Origin: an uncultured delta proteobacterium | Lineage (GTDB): Bacteria; Desulfobacterota; RBG-13-43-22 | Reading direction: 5' to 3' | Assembly: GCA_963843145.1 (NCBI GenBank) | Contig: CAWJJC010000015.1 | Span: 1-64,000 of the forward strand | DNA length: 64,000 nucleotides | In this document: in pieces, positions 30,253 to 40,740 of the stretch | Position numbering within the stretch: position 1 is the stretch's first letter | Layout: every line of letters begins with the position of its first letter | Program-made: the position numbers and the translations under genes | The notes under the pieces: model-generated | The model's input: only the letters and a program-made list of their open reading frames with translations | Database searches by the model: none | What the model was told of the DNA's origin: nothing

Positions 30253-30816
30253 ATGGCTGATTTGATTTCCCGGTCCCGGGAGGAGATTTTACGCGAAGTG
30301 GAAGAGAAGGCCTATGCTAATGAAAAGAATTTTCACGGGTGCAGCCAGTCCACTCTGGCCGCTCTGCAGGACGTTTTTGACCGCCGAGATGATCCGGTGT
30401 TTCGGGCCGCCAGTGGCTTGGGCGGCGGTGTGGGCCTGACCGCTGAAACCTGCTGCGGCGGGTTAACGGGTGGCTGTATGTTTATCAGCCAGCTTTGCGG
30501 AAGAGAGCGGGAAGCGGACGGCAGCTTCGGAGACAAAGAAAACTTTCGCTTCCGGGCCTACAAATACTGCCAGCTTCTGGCCGAAAGGTTTTTTGAAGAA
30601 TACGATGCCTGCAACTGCTTTGAGGTGCAGAAGGTAAAACTGGAAGGCCGCTCCTATGTTCTGGCCAAGCCCGATCAGTTCCAGGAGTTTATCGGTCGGG
30701 GAGGGCACAGCCACGTCTGTCCCGAAGTCATCGGGCGGTCGGCCCGCTGGGCGGCGGAAATCATACTGGATCATCTGGAAGACTTCGGCCTGGCGGATAA
30801 GATCAAGTTGACCTGA
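30253..30816 (+). CDS. C-GCAxxG-C-C family putative redox protein
   Basis: GCSQS, GGG.G....CG.LTGG, C.C, C. Confidence 0.8.
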   Translation: MADLISRSREEILREVEEKAYANEKNFHGCSQSTLAALQDVFDRRDDPVFRAASGLGGGVGLTAETCCGGLTGGCMFISQLCGREREADGSFGDKENFRFRAYKYCQLLAERFFEEYDACNCFEVQKVKLEGRSYVLAKPDQFQEFIGRGGHSHVCPEVIGRSARWAAEIILDHLEDFGLADKIKLT

Positions 30817-30844
30817 ACGAAGCCGGCAAAAAAAGGGGGTTCAT

Positions 30845-31129
30845 GTGTCCATTCTGGTAGCTTTTACGGCTAAACTCAAAGAAGGGGTGGAGGAACGGTA
30901 TCTTGCCCTCTCCCAAGAGGTCCTGGAACAGGCCCTCAAACAACCCGGCCTGATTTTCCTGGACCGGGGAAGATCGGTGATGCAGGAACGGGGCATTATC
31001 TCCGTTAGCGAATGGGCCTCCGAGGAGGCGCTTCAAGCCTGGAGGGACCATCCGCTGCACCGCCGGGCTCAGGAGCTGGCCAAAAAAAAGCTCTTTGAGT
31101 CCCATATCCTGAAAAAGGCCCAGCTCTAA
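30845..31129 (+). CDS. Antibiotic biosynthesis monooxygenase (ABM) domain protein
   Basis: QPG, SVSEW.SEEAL.AWR.HP.H..AQ. Confidence 0.8.
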   Translation: MSILVAFTAKLKEGVEERYLALSQEVLEQALKQPGLIFLDRGRSVMQERGIISVSEWASEEALQAWRDHPLHRRAQELAKKKLFESHILKKAQL

Positions 31130-31364
31130 TAAAATCAACCAAAAATTTATTAGTTTTTGGTTCAAATCCGAAATTCGAAACATTGTGCCCTAGGCAGACA
31201 GGTTTTCAGAAATCGGTATCTCCCGATTTCCGAAAAAACAAGGGTCCTCTGTGCTCTCTGTGTCTCGGCGGTGAAAAAGATTTTCTGAAGGCTTAAATGC
31301 TGCGAATTTAGATATTCTCTTGTATAATGGTAGAGAAGGATTCTCAGAAGGAAAGGAGAACGCC

Positions 31365-32636
31365 ATGGCCCACTATTTAAAAAAAGCCCAGGAGCGTCCG
31401 GAGCAGGACCTGCGGGCCGTATCGGATTTGGTAAAGGAAGTATTGGATCGGGTCCGTCAGGAAGGGGAGGCGGCGGTGCGCTATTATTCGAAGAAGTTCG
31501 ACGGGTGGGATCCGCCAAAATTCCGGGTTTCCAAAGCGGAAATTGAAAAGGCCGTCAAGAGCCTCTCTCCGTTGGAACGAGAGGATATCGATTTCTGCCA
31601 GGCCCAAATCCGAACTTTTGCCAAAAAGCAGCGACAAGTCATCCGGAGTTTTGAGGCCGAGACCTTGCCGGGCATCCATTTGGGGCAGAAGATCATACCG
31701 GTGGCGGCCAGCGGTTCTTATATCCCGGGAGGCCGCTATCCCATGCTGGCCTCGGCCCATATGACCGTCATCACCCCCAAAGTGGCCGGGGTGGAGCGGG
31801 TGGTGGCCTGCACGCCTCCCACCAAGGGTCTGGGGATCCATCCGGCCACCCTCTATTCCATGAAAGCCGGCGGGGCGGATGAGATCTTTTGCCTGGGCGG
31901 GGTTCAGGCCCTGGCCGCCATGGCCTATGGGATGGAAGGATTGGAGCCGGTGGACATGATTGTCGGCGCCGGTAATGTGTATGTAGCCGAAGCCAAACGA
32001 CAGCTCTTCGGCCGGGTGGGAATCGATCTCCTGGCCGGACCCACCGAAATTTTAGTCCTGATCGACGAGACGGCCGATCCGTACATCGTGGCCGCGGATA
32101 TCCTGGGCCAGGCCGAGCACGACCCCAATGCCCGCCAGGCCCTGGTATCCCTTTCCAGGAGTGCGGCTGAGAAGGCTATGGCCGAGATTGAAGTCCAGTT
32201 GAAAACGCTGCCCACCAGGGAAATCGCCTCGGTCTCCTGGGGGAACAACGGGGAAGTGATAGTCGTCGATTCTCCGGAGGAGGCCGTGGCCGTATGCGAC
32301 CAATGGGCGCCGGAACACCTGGAAGTCCAAACCGCCGATTGGCGCTATTATCTGGATCACCTCAAAAATTACGGCTCTATCTTTCTGGGTGAGGAAACGA
32401 CGGTGGCCTACGGAGACAAATCGATCGGCACCAACCACGTCCTCCCCACCATGCGGGCCGCCCGCTATACCGGCGGCCTGTACGTGGGGAAGTTCCTCAA
32501 GGTGGTCACCTACCAGTATGCCACCCGGCAGGCCTCCGCCAAATTGGGGGCCGTTTGCGAGCGGGCCTGCAACTATGAGAACATGCTGGCCCACGGGATT
32601 TCCTGCCAGGTTCGAGTGGAGAAGTACGGCCGCTAA
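31365..32636 (+). CDS. Second HpsN/HisD-like dehydrogenase
   Basis: YIPGGRYP, GN.YVAEAKR.LFG.VGID..AGPTE, YGDK..GTNHVLPT...ARYTGGL. Confidence 0.87.
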   Translation: MAHYLKKAQERPEQDLRAVSDLVKEVLDRVRQEGEAAVRYYSKKFDGWDPPKFRVSKAEIEKAVKSLSPLEREDIDFCQAQIRTFAKKQRQVIRSFEAETLPGIHLGQKIIPVAASGSYIPGGRYPMLASAHMTVITPKVAGVERVVACTPPTKGLGIHPATLYSMKAGGADEIFCLGGVQALAAMAYGMEGLEPVDMIVGAGNVYVAEAKRQLFGRVGIDLLAGPTEILVLIDETADPYIVAADILGQAEHDPNARQALVSLSRSAAEKAMAEIEVQLKTLPTREIASVSWGNNGEVIVVDSPEEAVAVCDQWAPEHLEVQTADWRYYLDHLKNYGSIFLGEETTVAYGDKSIGTNHVLPTMRAARYTGGLYVGKFLKVVTYQYATRQASAKLGAVCERACNYENMLAHGISCQVRVEKYGR

Positions 32637-32689
32637 TACTTGGGCCGGATACCCGACTTAGGAAGGAAGCCCAATGAAAAGATACCCGG

Positions 32690-32721
32690 CCCCACTTCTC
32701 AAACCAGAGGTGGGGTTTTTT
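32690..32721 (+). terminator. Rho-independent terminator
   Basis: ccccacttct-caaacc-agaggtgggg followed by tttttt. Confidence 0.8.
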
Positions 32722-32749
32722 ATGCAGCCCCCAGGCGGAGATTTTAGGT

Positions 32750-34097
32750 ATGGATGACAACGGAAAGACCAATGAGCAACTGATCCAGGAGTTGGAGGAT
32801 CTTCGCCGGAGGATTGCTGAACTCGAAATAGCAGATATCGAGCATCAGCGGGCGGAAGAAGTCATCCAAAAGAACTTAGGGTTCCGGCAAGTGTTGATGG
32901 ATGCGATTCCCTCTCCCATCTTTTACAAGGATGCCGACGGCGTTTATCTTGGAGGCAATAAGGCCTTCGAGCGATATTTGGGGCTTTCGCTGCATCAAAT
33001 CATGGGGAAGACCGTCTATGACATTTCACCTCCGGACTTGGCGGAGATCTACGATAGGGCCGACAAAGAGTTGCTGAATAACCCCGGCGGCCAGATCTAC
33101 GAAACTTCAGTCGCGTCATCCAGTGGAAAACGCCGCAATGTTATATTCAACAAGTCAACGTTCACCAATGCGGAAGGCCAAGTGGCCGGTCTGATCGGCG
33201 TGATCGTTGACATCACCGAGCGGAAGGAGGCCGAGGAGGCGCTGCAACAGGCACACGATGAACTGGAACAGCGGGTGGCGGCACGGACGGAAGAGTTGCG
33301 GAAGGCCAATGAGGAGTGTCATTTGGAAATCACCGAGCGCAAACGGACCGAAGAGGCGCTCCTGGAATCCGAAAACCGCCTTCGGTGGTTGAACGAACAT
33401 ATTCTGAACATGGTCATGGTCCTCTCTCATGACGTCAGGGGGCCGTTGACCTCCATCGTCTCCATCTTGAAACTCCTGTTTCGAGGCTCCTACGGAAAGC
33501 TGGATCAAAATCTGGCCAATACCGTCAAGGACCTCTTGGCCCGTTGCCTCCGCCTGCTCGGGACCGCGGAAGATTATTTGGGGAAAGCCTCCATCGTCGA
33601 CGGCTCGGTGAAAATGAAAAGGGAAGTGCTGGACCTGCGAGAGGATATCATCGATACCGTGCTGGACGAGCTGGTTGACGATATCACCAAGCATGAGATC
33701 GTGATCGACAATCGTTTAGGGACCATTCCCGCCGGATCCATTTCCATAAGCGCCAACAAAACCTGGCTCAAAGCCGTTTATCGGAACCTGTTTACCAATG
33801 CCATCAAGTATGGCGGCCAGGGGTGCACCATCTCTTTTGGTTTCGAACCCGGTGAATCGCACTTCCGTTTGAACGTCTACAACAGCGGAAACCCGATTCC
33901 GGAACCGGATCGGGGGAAGCTATTTGTTCGGTTTGGGCGAATCGAGAGCGAAGGGAAGACCCTCCCGGGATGGTGTCGGTCTCGGGTTGAGCCTCTGTCA
34001 GGAAATCATCCTCGACCACGGCGGAGAGATCTGGTACGAGGCCCTGCCCGACGGTTCGAACTTTGTATTTACCATCTCCAGGGAAGAGGGGGGTTAA
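32750..34097 (+). CDS. PAS-domain sensor histidine kinase, apparent frameshift near 33965
   Basis: PAS, H-box LSHDVRGPL, N-box NLFTNAIKY; G2 box GVGLGL...I..HGG lies in another frame ending TAA 34097. Confidence 0.85.
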
Positions 34098-34257
34098 GAG
34101 ACAATGTCGGCTCATTGTTCAACGGCTATGTGGATGAATCGATCAGTATGGCCTCCGACGAAGATGTGTTGTGGCTGTCCGCTGTCTTAAAGTAAAGAGG
34201 CCGGGTAAGATAGGGAGAACGCAAAACCGGTCACCTCAGGTGGCGATACTCGAATTT

Positions 34258-35076
34258 TTAGCGTTTGATTTCCTTGATGCGGGCGGCGCGGGTCTCCAGT
34301 AATTCGGCTTCCTCGGGGCGACCGGTTTTTCGGTAGATCGTTGCGAGATGGCTCAGGCTTTTGGCGACAGAGAGATGGTCGGGGCCGTAGGTTTTCTCAT
34401 AGATGGCCAGCGAACGTTTATAGAGCGGCTCGGCCTGAGCATACCGGCCCTGGCTTTCGTAGAACCCGGCAAAATTATTTAAACTCTTGGCTAAATCAAG
34501 ATGGTCGGGCCCGTAGGCTTTTTCAAAAATGGTCAGCGCGCGCTGGTAAAGTGGCTCGGCCTGAGCGTACTGGCCCTGGCTTTCGTAGAGTCTGGCGAGG
34601 TTATTCAGGATCGTGGCCGTAGCAGGATGATCGGGGCCTTGGACCTTTTCATAGATGGCCAACGAGCGCTGGTAAAGCGGGACAGCCTGGGCATATTGGC
34701 TTTGGGCGCGGTACAGCATGGCCAGGTTGTTCAAGCTCATGGCGACAGAGAGATGGTTGGGACCGAGGGCTTTCTCATAGATGGCCAGCGAGCGTTTATA
34801 GAGCGGCTCGGCCTGAGCGTACCGGCCTTGAGTGAAGTAGATTCTGGCCAGGTTATTCAGGCCCGTGGCGACGGCGGGATGGTCGGGGCCGACGGCCTTC
34901 TCCGCAACCTCGATCGCTTTCTTGGCTACGGTCACCGCTTGGTCGTACTGTCCTTTCTGGTAGAGAGACATCACCTTAGTATTGAGGGATTCCCATTCGG
35001 TGCCTTGAGCATAGAGGGATGCTGCTCCAGCGAATAGTAGAAGAAGGCCCAGGGAGATGGTGATTGCTTTTTTCAC
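34258..35076 (-). CDS. Secreted tetratricopeptide repeat protein (kinesin-light-chain-type TPR)
   Basis: Signal peptide; ~42-aa repeats G.DH...A..LNNLA..Y..QG.YAQAEPLY.R.L.I. Confidence 0.9.
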   Translation of the reverse strand: MKKAITISLGLLLLFAGAASLYAQGTEWESLNTKVMSLYQKGQYDQAVTVAKKAIEVAEKAVGPDHPAVATGLNNLARIYFTQGRYAQAEPLYKRSLAIYEKALGPNHLSVAMSLNNLAMLYRAQSQYAQAVPLYQRSLAIYEKVQGPDHPATATILNNLARLYESQGQYAQAEPLYQRALTIFEKAYGPDHLDLAKSLNNFAGFYESQGRYAQAEPLYKRSLAIYEKTYGPDHLSVAKSLSHLATIYRKTGRPEEAELLETRAARIKEIKR

Positions 35077-35201
35077 GGCCTATCATTTCTATGAGATGGG
35101 AATTTATCGTCTGTTGCCATAAATACCTCGATGGATTTTACTTAAATAATATAGGCCTTTATGGAAAATTATGGAAGTGAATACTTGAGTCAGTCCAAGG
35201 T

Positions 35202-35288
35202 AACGATCGGGTTATGCAGATTGCTAATAATTACGAAAGAGAGGTCTTTAACGGGGGCATTGGGCGGATAGTTTCCATTGACGAAGAA
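35202..35288 (+). pseudogene. Short fragment of a RecD2-like helicase
   Basis: NDRVMQIANNYEREVFNGGIGRIVSIDEE resembles the RecD2 segment GD.VMQ..NNY...VFNGDIG.I. Confidence 0.6.
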
Positions 35289-35424
35289 CCGCCATACCTG
35301 GTTGCGGGACAGGATGGCGGTCCAATAGCCAATCTTCGAAGCCATTTTATGGGAGCGTTTTTACAAAAGCTAATTAATCCAATAGGTTGCTTAGTACTTC
35401 CTGAACAAGGACGCTATTCAATGG

Positions 35425-36914
35425 CTATCTGTGAATAATGGGCAGATAATTTTTTGGAGAATTAAACACGTAGGCCGCTCCGGCGGTAAGAGCCGAATTG
35501 TCCCCCTGATTGCCGTTCACCCCCGTGGCGTTGCTGGCTTCACTATAGGCCCCGACGACCACCGTGTCCCCGGATATTGCCACTGAAGTCCCGAAGAGGT
35601 CCCCCGCGTTGGTATTGGAGGCCTTGAGGTAGGCCTGCTGGGCCCAGACCCCGCCGCTGCGGACAAACACGTAGGCCGCTCCGGCAAAATTGGCCGAATT
35701 GTCCCCCTGATTGCCGTTCACCCCCGTGGCGTTGCTGGCCTCACCAGAGGCCCCGACGACCACCGTGTCCCCGGATATCGCCACCGAAGTCCCGAATGAG
35801 TCACTGGCGCTCGGTATTGGAGGCCTTGAGGTAGGCCTGCTGGACCCAGACCCCGCCGCTGCGGACAAACACGTAGGCCGCTCCGGCAATAAGTGGCCGA
35901 ATCGTCCCCTTGATTGCCGTTCACCCCGGTAGCGTTGCTGGCCTCACCAGAGGCCCCGACGACTACCGTGTCCCCGGATATCGCCACCGAAGTCCCGAAT
36001 GAGTCCCCGGCCCCGGTATTGGAGGCCTTGAGGTAGGCCTGCTGGATCAGCGGGTCAATAGTCAGGGGGTAGACGGCCTGTCGGTCGTCTACTACGATCT
36101 GTACTCGGCTCCCCGCCCCTTCCAGCCGGGCCGGTACCCGGAAACCCCCGGCATCCACCACGGTCAGTTCCCCGTAGGTCAGCCGCACCCGGCCGTCCCG
36201 GTCGTGGAAGCTGACCTGTCGCCCAAGAGGATCCGCCTCCGGATTAAGCCCCCCTTGCACCGCCAGGGCCAGGGCCAGGGGCTGCTCGGCTCCCAAACCC
36301 GCGGGCCGTTTCTTCACCGTAAATCCCTGTTCCAGTCCTCGTTCCCCATTTTCAACCCATTCAATCAGGGACCCGTCCCAGCGGTAATATACTCGGTTGT
36401 TCTCCGCCCAGACCTGTCGCGGCGGTCCGGTCAACTCGATCGCTCCATACCGGACCAGTCGCAGACCCCATTTCCAACTTCCCTCCGCGGGCTGTATTTG
36501 CATTCCCCCTTTGGCAAAGGTCGACTGTAATTGCTGGCCTGGATTAAAGGATTGATAGGTCCCGTCTGAGGCCGCTTGGACCCGATGCCGGTGAAGATCC
36601 ATTTCCTTCTTAATGGCCTGCCACTCTCCAGCCTCCAGACCGGAAGGGACTTCCTCCGGCCCAAGCAGGCGGCTCGATTTTCCGGATAGGGCGGCTTCAT
36701 TCTTCTCTTGAGCTTTTAGCACTTCGTTTCGGATAACGGATGTGTTTATCTTGGAAAACGAAGTCTTGACGGGAGGAAGAAGGTTAGCCGGGAGAGGAGG
36801 GGTTTGGACCATGGCGCTGGTTGGTGCTATGCCGGCCGTCAGCGGTAAAACCAGCCAGGTAACAGTTACCAGCAGGAAAAACCCGAATAGACCAAAAAGA
36901 CGGATCGTTTTCAT
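35425..36914 (-). CDS. Secreted FG-GAP repeat protein with C-terminal YLPIIHR motif; frameshifts at ~35830-35890
   Basis: Signal peptide; YP.TIDP linker; three tandem QQAYLKASNT...FG.SVAISGDT.VVGA...AGAAYVF repeats; ends NYLPIIHR*. Confidence 0.82.
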
Positions 36915-37293
36915 ATTGCCTCCTGAAGCTAAAGGGTTGGGTCCAATTTACAGGTCGGAGGGAACCAGGCGCTCTTAGGAATTATCATTACCTAAAAAGA
37001 TATCGCCTGGGGGACAAGAAATAAATAAGGTAAAACCCCTATTTTAAGGAGTAAATCATTGTATTTTGTGTCCTCTTATTACCTCGGCAAATAATAATAT
37101 CAACTCCGAATTAGGCAATGATTAGAGATAGGTTGTCCTGGCTTCTCCCCTGGGAAAATACAGTTTTTCCCTTAATAAAATACGTTATTTACCCCATATT
37201 AATCTTCAATTTATTACTGTTTACTATGACCATGAAGGAGTAAAATCCAATTTCCGGTCAACCTCCGAGCATGGTCGATTGTTGAGGAGGTAT

Positions 37294-37571
37294 ATGATCT
37301 TGCGCAGCTTATTGGTTCGTCTATTGCTTGTGTTTGGCTTGACGCAAGCCTTGTGGCTGATGTACTCGCCAATTTTACCTGTCCAGGCCGGCGGTTTGGT
37401 CACCAATTGTGCCGACGACGGCCAATTCAGCAGCCTGCTGGCCGGCGGCGGGAACATTACGTTCGACTGCGGCACGGCGCTGCCCGACCGGTGGGTCCGG
37501 CCTGCGATATCGGCGCCGTGGAATATAGGGCGTTCTTACCCTGGCTTTATCTGCCCTTAATCTCAAAATGA
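37294..37571 (+). pseudogene. Internally deleted paralog of the 46481 beta-helix/choice-of-anchor Q gene
   Basis: Signal peptide plus GGG.ITF.CG joined out of frame to RPVG.ACDIGAVEY...LYLPLISK*. Confidence 0.75.
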
Positions 37572-37777
37572 TAAAGCCAGGTTCGCTGGTCAGGGCAATA
37601 GGCGATTTAATCCAAAAAAGTCGGTCTCGATTTTTCTCATCCCGAATTTCCTTATTTTCATCCATACCATATGGTGTCTTTATCCCGGGTGAAAAAAGTT
37701 TATTAGCAGAGGACTGATCCTATCATCAACAGATCTTGTTCTGAAAACGAAAAGTGAAACATGAAAGGGAGGTTATC

Positions 37778-40597
37778 ATGAGGCGATTTCGATTTCTGGG
37801 TGGTTTGACAATTTCGCTGGCCATAGCCGTCTATGCCTTGCTGTTCGGGAGAGTCCTTCCGGCAAGCGCCCAGGTCCCGGCCGGAACAATCTGGTTCGTC
37901 GACGACAGCATCAACGACGGACTGGCGGCGCATTGGAAATTCGATGAGGTAGGGGCCGGTACCGCGCTGGAATTCATCGTCGGCGCCGACGGGAGTCTGG
38001 TGCCCGGGGCCTCCATGGCGGCCAGTCCCCGGCCTCCGGTACTGTTTAACGATACCGCCTCTCTAACTTTGGATGGCGTGGACGGTAGGGTCGATATCGC
38101 CGATAACCCTTCCCTCAATCTATCCGCCAGTTTCACTGTGGCCGCCTGGGTAAAACGCAACGCGATAAATGTCTATCATGCCGTCTACGATTCCGGCGAA
38201 CAGGCCAAACACTGGTGGGTTTTCATCTCCGACCTGACGCAAGGCAACCTCCCGGGGCTGGGTGTGCGGGGAGTGACTGAAATCTACGGCACGAAGCCGA
38301 TTACCGATTTCGGCTGGCATCATATCACCGTGGTCAAGAATGGGGATACGGGCGCCAATGTGACCTTTTATATTGACGGAGTGGCGACGGGCGGGGGTTC
38401 AATAGGCGCTTTGACCCTGCCAAGCGGGGTCAAGCGGATCGGGGCTTTGTTGGACGGCAACTTTTCGGCGCATTTCGACGGCAATATCGACGACCTGCGC
38501 CTCTATAATCGGGCACTGAGCGCCCCGGAAGTGCAGCGATTGGCCCAGGGCCGCGGTTGCGTAACCGAGGGTACTGCCTGGTCTACGGCCTTTCGCGAAT
38601 TGCAATGCGGTCTGAGCATGGCGGCCGCGGGCGACCAGATCTGGATCGGTGAGGGCCTATATACACCCGGAGTCAGCGCCGCGCAATCATTTATCCTGAA
38701 GAACGGGGTTGATATTTTCGGCGGTTTCCTGGGGCTTAGTCCCGGAGGAGGCGAAACCGACCCGGGCCAACGCCCGGCCTTCAATGCCGATGCCCCTCTG
38801 ACCATTTTGAGCGGTGATGTGCTGGGCGACGATCTGCCGGCCACTTTTGCGAACTACGGCGACAACGCGTTCCATGTGATGACCGCCGGCACCGGCGTAT
38901 CCGCCTCCTTGGACCGCCTGGGGATCCATAGCGGTAGCGCGACCGGCGCCGGCCCTTCCGAAAACCTGGGCGGAGGGATGCTGGTCCAGACCGATGCGGG
39001 AACCATTCAGTTGACCGAAGTGGCCTTCTTTGCCAACCAAGCAACTTTCACCGGTGGCGGGTTGATGGCGCAAGCACCGGTCATTCTCAACCAGACGAGT
39101 TTTCTTAACAATAGCGCTCTATTTGGCGGCGGCATCGCAACCACAGTACCGCTAACCATTACCGGCGGACGGTTTAATAACAACCGGGCCACAACCTTTG
39201 ATGGCGGTGCCATCCAATCAACGGCCACGTCCGGCACCCTATCGATATCGCAGAGTACGTTTACGGGCAACGTGGCCGCGTTCTCAGGCGGTGCGATCAT
39301 TGTGGGGTCGGCAGCGCTGAACATCAACCAGTGTACTTTTCAGGATAACCAAACGAATACTTTTGATGGCGGCGCCATCAGTACCTCGGGAGTCCTGGAT
39401 ATCCAGAACTCAATCTTCAACTCCAACACCGCCAGGCAATTTGGAGGGGCGGTATCGGGCTCAGGGGGCGGAATCACAGTTCAAGGCAGCCAACTGACGG
39501 GCAATCGGGTTTTGGGGGGCAACTGCTCCCCTGCTTGCAGCATCGGTGATGGGGGCGCCATCTTCGCCCCTGGCCCCCTTACCGTTACCAATACAACCCT
39601 GACCAATAACTTTGCCAGGCTTAAAGGGGGTGCTATCTCTGGAAGGGGGGTGACTACGCTTAGTGACTCGCTGCTGACCGGTAATCAGGCCGGCACCCCG
39701 GGCGACGTGAACAACCCGGGCAAGGGAGGGGCGGTATATGTGACCGGAGAGGCCAGCCTCAGCAACAATGTGTTTGAACTCAATGCTGCCCAAAGTCCTG
39801 TCTCTGACGGCGGAGGCCTATTCGGGGAAAATGGGCCGGTGCTGTCAACCGGTAACCGTTTCAGCGGCAACTCCTCCACCCACTTTGGCGGCGGGGCGCG
39901 CTTGCCGTCTGCCCAGGTCAAAGGCGACCGCTATTTGAACAACACGGCTGTATTTGAAGGCGGCGGGATCCTAGCTTCAGGCAACCTAACGATTACCCAA
40001 ACGATTTTCGACGGAAATGCTTCCGACTTAAGCGGCGCGATTTCCGCCGCCGCCGGTCCGTCCGATCGCTCGCTACAGTTGAACATCGACAACTCGCTTT
40101 TCATCCGTAACCAGCGTCAAAGCATCGCCGGCGACGCTGACCTGCGTCTCTTCGATATCACCGGCAAGCTGGTGAATAATACCTTCGCCGATCCCGGGTC
40201 GGCCGGCGCGCTTTCCCTCAAGGCCTTCCGCAGCGACCTTCAAGTTGAAAACAACATTTTTGCCCATTACGGAAATAGCATCGATGGCGATACCGGACCT
40301 GGCGGTTTACCTGTCCAGGAAGACTACAACCTCTTCTTCAACGCTCCCTTGGGCCCCACCGTCACCTCCGGGGGCCACAGCCTGACCGGCAATCCCCTAT
40401 TCGTCGATCCGGCGACTCAGAACTACCGTTTGGCCGGCGGTTCGCCGGCCATTGGGGCCGGCCTGGACTCAGCCCTTCCGGCCTCGATTTTGAATGATCT
40501 CTCCGGGGGATTGCGGCGAGTTGGGCCTATCGATATTGGGGCCTATGAGTCTCAGAATCTTTTGTTCCTGCCGCTTATTTTAAGAAACGCGTTTTAA
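37778..40597 (+). CDS. Secreted LamG plus right-handed beta-helix (Pmp-like) plus choice-of-anchor Q-like protein
   Basis: Signal peptide; WHH.....F.G.IDDLR.YNRALS (LamG); F..N.A..GGAI repeats; L..GSPAI.AG...DIGAYE; ends FLPLILRNAF*. Confidence 0.88.
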   Translation: MRRFRFLGGLTISLAIAVYALLFGRVLPASAQVPAGTIWFVDDSINDGLAAHWKFDEVGAGTALEFIVGADGSLVPGASMAASPRPPVLFNDTASLTLDGVDGRVDIADNPSLNLSASFTVAAWVKRNAINVYHAVYDSGEQAKHWWVFISDLTQGNLPGLGVRGVTEIYGTKPITDFGWHHITVVKNGDTGANVTFYIDGVATGGGSIGALTLPSGVKRIGALLDGNFSAHFDGNIDDLRLYNRALSAPEVQRLAQGRGCVTEGTAWSTAFRELQCGLSMAAAGDQIWIGEGLYTPGVSAAQSFILKNGVDIFGGFLGLSPGGGETDPGQRPAFNADAPLTILSGDVLGDDLPATFANYGDNAFHVMTAGTGVSASLDRLGIHSGSATGAGPSENLGGGMLVQTDAGTIQLTEVAFFANQATFTGGGLMAQAPVILNQTSFLNNSALFGGGIATTVPLTITGGRFNNNRATTFDGGAIQSTATSGTLSISQSTFTGNVAAFSGGAIIVGSAALNINQCTFQDNQTNTFDGGAISTSGVLDIQNSIFNSNTARQFGGAVSGSGGGITVQGSQLTGNRVLGGNCSPACSIGDGGAIFAPGPLTVTNTTLTNNFARLKGGAISGRGVTTLSDSLLTGNQAGTPGDVNNPGKGGAVYVTGEASLSNNVFELNAAQSPVSDGGGLFGENGPVLSTGNRFSGNSSTHFGGGARLPSAQVKGDRYLNNTAVFEGGGILASGNLTITQTIFDGNASDLSGAISAAAGPSDRSLQLNIDNSLFIRNQRQSIAGDADLRLFDITGKLVNNTFADPGSAGALSLKAFRSDLQVENNIFAHYGNSIDGDTGPGGLPVQEDYNLFFNAPLGPTVTSGGHSLTGNPLFVDPATQNYRLAGGSPAIGAGLDSALPASILNDLSGGLRRVGPIDIGAYESQNLLFLPLILRNAF

Positions 40598-40740
40598 ACG
40601 GATGATGACAAATTGCCTGATAAGGCTGCCTGAGGAATCAAGCTCTATTCCGGGGGGGGTGAGATCCCAGATTTTCGCCTTGGCTATTTCAGGCCGTCAT
40701 CAAATGGGTGAATTTAAATCGGACGGAGGAAAGAAAGAAG

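Noticed and set aside
30253-30816. Selenoprotein form of the C-GCAxxG-C-C protein
   Set aside because: All motif positions are Cys codons; no in-frame TGA.
18202-32636. hisD (histidine biosynthesis) for the two HisD-family genes
   Set aside because: No his operon context, two paralogs, and DK..GTNH..PT...ARYTGGL motifs closer to HpsN.
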